Below, in pieces: positions 49,300 to 53,851 of a stretch of 53,851 nucleotides of DNA; the stretch's first letter is position 1, and every line of letters begins with the position of its first letter. This DNA comes from an uncultured virus (IMG/VR IMGVR_UViG_3300005323_000038) (lineage: Duplodnaviria > Heunggongvirae > Uroviricota > Caudoviricetes), in IMG/VR virus record IMGVR_UViG_3300005323_000038. One strand, given 5' to 3'. The notes below the pieces were generated by a model that did not search any database, was not told the DNA's origin, and saw only the letters and a program-made list of their open reading frames with translations. Position numbers and translations under genes: made by a program.

Positions 49300-50355
49300 A
49301 TGGAAAATTATATTTTCCGTCCGAAGAAAGATATCTGGATATCAAATCGAGATAAAATGAAAAAGGCAAGTTATAGCCAAATCGACAAAGCGTTCTCTTG
49401 TGGAATGGCATGGTATTTAAGATATATCAAAAAATATCCAGAAGATTTTTCTGAAAACTTAGCCCAAGGAAGCGTTTATCATTATATTAATGAAGTTCTT
49501 TATCTCGAAGCTTTTAATACAAAAGGTGAATCGTTTAATTATGAATATGATAAACTTTTAGCCATCGCAAATGAAGCACTTGACAAAGTATTTCCTGAAT
49601 ATTTTGAAAACAAAGGACTTGCCGATGCGATTACAATAAAGGCAAAAAGCGATATCAAAAGTTATATTCCAGTTTTAATAAAACACTATAAAGAGCATAA
49701 ACTTATGCCAATATCTTTTAAGGATGACCAAGGTAAAGATATCCCGGCAATAGAAATTGCTGTTGAATGTCCAATACAACTTATCGATGGTTCGTATCGC
49801 GATGATTTTTATATCTATGTTAAAGTTGACTTAGTGGCAAAAGACAAAGATGGTAAAATTGTTGTGATTGACCATAAGACAGCAGGAAGGTCTTATTCTG
49901 AAACAAAGATAAAAATTAATCAGCAATTACCAATATATGCTTACGCTCTTGGAATGCTTTTTGATGAATTAAATATTCCATACTCAAATACTGTAAGATA
50001 CGATGTAATAACAAAAACGAAAGATCCATCAATAAAGGTGTATGAGAAAACTGTTAAGGCCGTAAATACCGTAAGAGCGTTGACGTTTTTAAATGCTGGA
50101 TGTAATGTAATTTCTTCAAAGGCTCTATCATTCTGTAATTCAGAAATGATATGCAACATGTGTAATCATAAAGATCGTTGCGTTGAAAATGATATACCAT
50201 TTGATGAATTTTCTTCTTACATATCTAATTCCGACAAAAAAGGAGAGATAAAAAAAGAAGACGAAATAATCGTAGAAGCAGTTGTCGCTACTGAAGAACA
50301 GCAGAAAGAACTCAAGAAACAAGACGCTAATTTTTTTGAAGAATTAGGTTTCTAA
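49300..50355 (+). CDS. PD-(D/E)XK nuclease (RecB/AddB/Cas4-like)
   Basis: SYSQI...C, GS.YH, VDLV, IDHKT, QLPIYA, C-terminal C..C...C. Confidence 0.85.
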   Translation: MENYIFRPKKDIWISNRDKMKKASYSQIDKAFSCGMAWYLRYIKKYPEDFSENLAQGSVYHYINEVLYLEAFNTKGESFNYEYDKLLAIANEALDKVFPEYFENKGLADAITIKAKSDIKSYIPVLIKHYKEHKLMPISFKDDQGKDIPAIEIAVECPIQLIDGSYRDDFYIYVKVDLVAKDKDGKIVVIDHKTAGRSYSETKIKINQQLPIYAYALGMLFDELNIPYSNTVRYDVITKTKDPSIKVYEKTVKAVNTVRALTFLNAGCNVISSKALSFCNSEMICNMCNHKDRCVENDIPFDEFSSYISNSDKKGEIKKEDEIIVEAVVATEEQQKELKKQDANFFEELGF

Positions 50356-50359
50356 ATCA

Positions 50360-50388
50360 TTGACAAAATAACATCAATATGATACAAT
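50360..50388 (+). promoter_or_regulatory. sigma70-type promoter
   Basis: TTGACA, 17 bp, TACAAT with an extended TG. Confidence 0.65.
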
Positions 50389-50420
50389 CCAATGAAATCA
50401 ATAAGAAGAGGTGCTTAGAA

Positions 50421-50831
50421 ATGGCAGTAAAAAAAGACTATCAGAAAGATACATTTAAAAGTGATTTTTCTGAAACCGAAAAAACAGTAGAAAAGAATGA
50501 AGCAAAAGAATTAAAAATCGAAGAAATTAAAAAGTATGTAGTCGCAGAACCATTGAAAAAAATGAAATATCCAATCGAAGCAAAAAGCGATATATTTTGC
50601 GACAAAGACAAAATAACAGACGTTCCTGTAGATAAACCAAAAGACGTAAAAGAAACTGTATTCATTATATCAGCAAGTCCATTGCTTGAGTCAGTTGGCA
50701 TTGACCATAAAGAAATAATCGACTTCGATAATAGCAATGTTGTTAAGTTAAGACTTACTTCAGTTGCTTCATCACTTTCATTTAAAATCGCAAAAGGTTC
50801 AAAACTTTTTGATTTAATTCCAGTCGCTTAA
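50421..50831 (+). CDS. Hypothetical protein
   Basis: GAGGTG RBS before MAVKK. Confidence 0.6.
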   Translation: MAVKKDYQKDTFKSDFSETEKTVEKNEAKELKIEEIKKYVVAEPLKKMKYPIEAKSDIFCDKDKITDVPVDKPKDVKETVFIISASPLLESVGIDHKEIIDFDNSNVVKLRLTSVASSLSFKIAKGSKLFDLIPVA

Positions 50832-50869
50832 TCGTAAAGAGTGATTGAAAGAAATGAATTATATATTTC

Positions 50870-51095
50870 GGCAAAAACCAAGCTGGAGTATATAGTAAAA
50901 TACTAATAAACAAGGGGGTTAACAAAATTTATTAAGAATATAAAATAACATAATCAAGTTATTTATATTATGTACCGTGGGCTACACGGGAATTTACGCC
51001 TTTAGACTGTTATACAAACGAAAGTAGCATTGCGAAATCGGACAGATTGAAGAAGGAATTGTCTTAAACATATTTATATATGTTTAACGTAGCAG
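50870..51095 (+). mobile_element. tnpB-deleted IS607 remnant retaining an intact omegaRNA scaffold
   Basis: 50934-51095 aligns ungapped to 40766-40927 (about 10 mismatches in 162 nt); 50870-50933 resembles fragments of tnpB 40458-40487 and 40548-40569. Confidence 0.85.
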
Positions 51096-51139
51096 TGATT
51101 GAGCAAAAATAAATAAACAAAATTTAAAGGAGACAAAAA

Positions 51140-51418
51140 ATGAACAAAGCAGAACTTTCAGCAAAACTTGCTGACAAATTAGAAGTAACAAAAGTTAAAG
51201 GCGCAGAAATCATCGATGTATTCGTAGACCTTGTAAAGAACGCAGTAAAAGCTGGCGAAAAAGTTTCTTTAATGGGCTTCGGCTCGTGGGAAGCAAAACA
51301 GAAAGCAGCGCGCGTTGGTCGCAATCCTCAGACTGGCAAAGAAATCAAAATCAAAGCTAAACGCGTTCCGAAATTTACAGCCGGAAAAGAATTCAAAGAG
51401 TTAGTTAACAAAAAATAG
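51140..51418 (+). CDS. hup: Histone-like DNA-binding protein HU
   Basis: MNKAEL...GFGSW...ARVGRNPQTG..I.I.A..VPKF.AGK. Confidence 0.95.
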   Translation: MNKAELSAKLADKLEVTKVKGAEIIDVFVDLVKNAVKAGEKVSLMGFGSWEAKQKAARVGRNPQTGKEIKIKAKRVPKFTAGKEFKELVNKK

Positions 51419-51447
51419 TTTCTAAATTACAAAATAATAATTTAACA

Positions 51448-51480
51448 GAGGCTCGATAGAAATATCGGGCCTTTATTTTT
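51448..51480 (+). terminator. Terminator after HU
   Basis: AGGCTCGATA/TATCGGGCCT plus T-tract. Confidence 0.7.
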
Positions 51481-51853
51481 GGAGGAGATTATGAGAAAGA
51501 AAAAATATCAATATCAAACTAATTTTCGTGGAATAATAAGAACTATACCTGAAATAAACTATGAGGAAGAAGTAGAATGTCCAGAATGTAAACATATTTT
51601 CGATATAGATATTCAAGTCGATCCAGATGAGATATACGAGGCGATAGACGATTTTATTGATGATTCTGATGAAGATGAAATACTTAAATGGGCTGGAAGT
51701 GAATTAAAATTCAATAATGATATAGCTGATTATGTTGAACAAGGGTTTGATTTAATGAAACTTGGAACATTGAGCAAAGATGAATTTCTTGAAAATCTTG
51801 CAAATATAGCAAAAATAGGAATACACTTATTAAATATAAAAGAATTGAGGTAA
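51479..51853 (+). CDS. Hypothetical protein with CPEC motif
   Basis: GGAGGAG RBS before MRKKK. Confidence 0.6.
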   Translation: MEEIMRKKKYQYQTNFRGIIRTIPEINYEEEVECPECKHIFDIDIQVDPDEIYEAIDDFIDDSDEDEILKWAGSELKFNNDIADYVEQGFDLMKLGTLSKDEFLENLANIAKIGIHLLNIKELR

Positions 51854-51856
51854 ATT

Positions 51857-52333
51857 ATGAGAAAGAAAATAATTAAAGTTGATAGTAGATATTATATTTT
51901 AGAAATAACAAATTATTCTTTTTACACAATTTATAACGCAAACGGAATAGAAATAGAAAAAGATAATTGCAATAATTATCCTGAAAAATTTAAAAAAGAA
52001 ATAGAGAGTGCATTTATAGAGTTTGGATATGTAAATAAAGACATTGAAATAATAAAAAAGATACCTACAACGAAACATATTTTTTGGGATGATGCTTGTT
52101 ATTTCTATATTATAAAAGACCTTATCGAATATAATTCTCTATTATTTTATCCAAGCGGAGATCAATTTTATGAGCCAAAATTAAGATATGTTGGAAAATT
52201 AAGAAAATGTGATGAAGAATTAACTATAAAAAGGCAAGAAAGAACAAAATATATTGACGAAGAAATATCTAAACTGAATGAAGAAAAAGATCAGATAGAG
52301 GACGAAATAAATAATATTTGTGACAAATATTAA
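51857..52333 (+). CDS. Hypothetical protein
   Basis: GAGG RBS. Confidence 0.55.
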   Translation: MRKKIIKVDSRYYILEITNYSFYTIYNANGIEIEKDNCNNYPEKFKKEIESAFIEFGYVNKDIEIIKKIPTTKHIFWDDACYFYIIKDLIEYNSLLFYPSGDQFYEPKLRYVGKLRKCDEELTIKRQERTKYIDEEISKLNEEKDQIEDEINNICDKY

Positions 52334-52349
52334 AACAAAGGAGATATTT

Positions 52350-53851
52350 ATGAAATTAAAATTAAAAGACTTTGGAATGTTTGAAAGTAAAGAGTTCGAT
52401 TTTGAAACAGGATTGAATATATTGACCTCTGACGTTAATGCAAAAGGCAAAACGACTATTCGTACTGCAATGGAATTTATCCTATCAGGAAAGGCACAGG
52501 ACAAAGATATAAGCGATTTTATTCCTAATGGAACAAGCAAAACTCCTACGGCGACTTTATCAAACTTTTACAACTTTGAAACGCTATCAAGAAGCACAAA
52601 TCCAAGTAACCTTATAACGCCAAGTCAAGTTTTTAAAATAGATTCAAGAAAGAAGAAAGATCCAATTGAAGAACTTGGAGTTAAGCCGGCAGTAATAAAC
52701 TTCCTATGCAATGGATATAATTTCTTTAATCTAACGCCAGAACAGCAATACGAAATACTTGTTGATTATTTAGGAAATTCTTCTTTTAATCCATCAGAAT
52801 ATATTGATATTCCTGATAATATAATAGCTGATGTTCCAACTCAAATTTCAACAAAAGATATTCAAGTTTTATATGATAAGTTTTATGCAGAAAGAACAAA
52901 TTGCACAAGAGATATTAATACTGCGGACGATAACATAAAACAAATAACTACTAAATTATCAGAATTGCCAGAGGTTCCAAATGATGTTGAGACAAAACTT
53001 ACAGAGCTTAACGCGAAGAAAGAAAAATATAAAGAATTAAGACAATATAACTCTGTAAGAAGAATAGAGGATGAACTATCTACTATAAAAAACTCTGTTG
53101 CCATTTCTAAATTTCCAGAAGAACTTAAAAAAGAACTTGATGACATAACTAAAAAAGGACTGGAAAATAAAGTTAAAATAGACCAAGCTCAGAAATTCTC
53201 TGGTTCTTGCCCTTTCGTGTCATCAATCCAATGCCAATCAAAAGAAGAAATCAAGAAATATATTGACTCTCTTATTTTAGACAATGATTCATTAAGAGTA
53301 AGAGGGAAACAGTTATTTGAACAAAAGCAAAAAGCAGAGCAAGATGCTGAAAAAGAAAAAGAAATAAAAGTTCAAAACATAAGAGAAAGATTAGAAAATG
53401 AGATAAAATTAATAGAAGTGGAAAACAAGGAAATAGAGATATTTAATTCTGACGTTGATAAAAGAAATGAATCCATTGATATTGAAATGTTTAGAATTAA
53501 TAATCTTAAATTTGTTTCAAGAGATATAAAGAATTTAAATTCTCAACTTGAATTTCAGCTTAATTCAAAAGAGAAATCATCAAAAAGAAAAGAACAACTT
53601 GAAAAACTCGTAGACATATTTGGTAAAGATGGAATTAAATCTAAAATAGTAAAATCTGGTGCTAAATCTTTTATAGATAATATAAATAAATTTTCATCAT
53701 CTTTTGGCGTAAAATTCGATGTTTTAACCGAACCAAAATTCAGCTTGAAAATCAACGATAAAACGAGCAAAATGTTGTCTGAGGCAGAAAAGTTAATATC
53801 TTCTATTTCAATCCAATTTGCTATTGCAAAACTAAGCAAGTATAATTTCAT
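52350..53851 (+). CDS. SbcC/Rad50/gp46-like SMC-family ATPase (partial, runs off the window)
   Basis: Not in the ORF track (no stop in the window). MKLKLKDFGMF...GLNILT..NAKGKTT Walker A; long coiled coil; central CPF....C hook-like motif; signature-like LSEAEK near the end. Confidence 0.8.
   Translation, partial: MKLKLKDFGMFESKEFDFETGLNILTSDVNAKGKTTIRTAMEFILSGKAQDKDISDFIPNGTSKTPTATLSNFYNFETLSRSTNPSNLITPSQVFKIDSRKKKDPIEELGVKPAVINFLCNGYNFFNLTPEQQYEILVDYLGNSSFNPSEYIDIPDNIIADVPTQISTKDIQVLYDKFYAERTNCTRDINTADDNIKQITTKLSELPEVPNDVETKLTELNAKKEKYKELRQYNSVRRIEDELSTIKNSVAISKFPEELKKELDDITKKGLENKVKIDQAQKFSGSCPFVSSIQCQSKEEIKKYIDSLILDNDSLRVRGKQLFEQKQKAEQDAEKEKEIKVQNIRERLENEIKLIEVENKEIEIFNSDVDKRNESIDIEMFRINNLKFVSRDIKNLNSQLEFQLNSKEKSSKRKEQLEKLVDIFGKDGIKSKIVKSGAKSFIDNINKFSSSFGVKFDVLTEPKFSLKINDKTSKMLSEAEKLISSISIQFAIAKLSKYNF

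Noticed and set aside
49300..50355. Cas4 as part of a CRISPR system
   Set aside because: No array or other cas genes; the context is a phage recombination module
52883..53851. Minus-strand ORFs 52883-53146 and 53555-53851
   Set aside because: Antisense shadows of the plus-strand SMC-like gene

Overview
The window looks like part of a large, AT-rich tailed-phage genome. Strong AGGAGG ribosome-binding sites and sigma70/sigmaA-type promoters suggest a low-GC, possibly Bacillota host (inference). Two arms are transcribed divergently. The left arm (minus strand, 1-16.1 kb) carries DNA-packaging and head genes: putative TerS, TerL, portal, prohead protease, scaffold, decoration protein and major capsid. 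These are followed by three GT-B glycosyltransferases and a SAM methyltransferase, and a TnpA-less IscB/omegaRNA element is inserted upstream of them. The switch region (16.2-19 kb) holds phased TTTYCGGTC repeats, an orphan 369-aa gene, a T-rich tract, GCTCGTGAA repeats and a G-quadruplex motif. The right arm (plus strand) begins with a ~1.5 kb ORF-free, densely base-paired segment (19.8-21.3 kb) that looks like a giant structured ncRNA and is the best novelty candidate. It is followed by three terminator-like hairpins sharing a loop sequence, about 45 small early-type genes, a DnaA-box cluster and an IS607 tnpA-tnpB element. The replication/recombination module comes last (ERF, DnaB, SpoVG/SSB-like, DnaE, PD-(D/E)XK nuclease, HU, SbcC/Rad50-like ATPase). 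A second, tnpB-deleted copy of the IS607 omegaRNA with a different guide sits just upstream of HU. All assignments come from motif recognition by eye; no searches were run.
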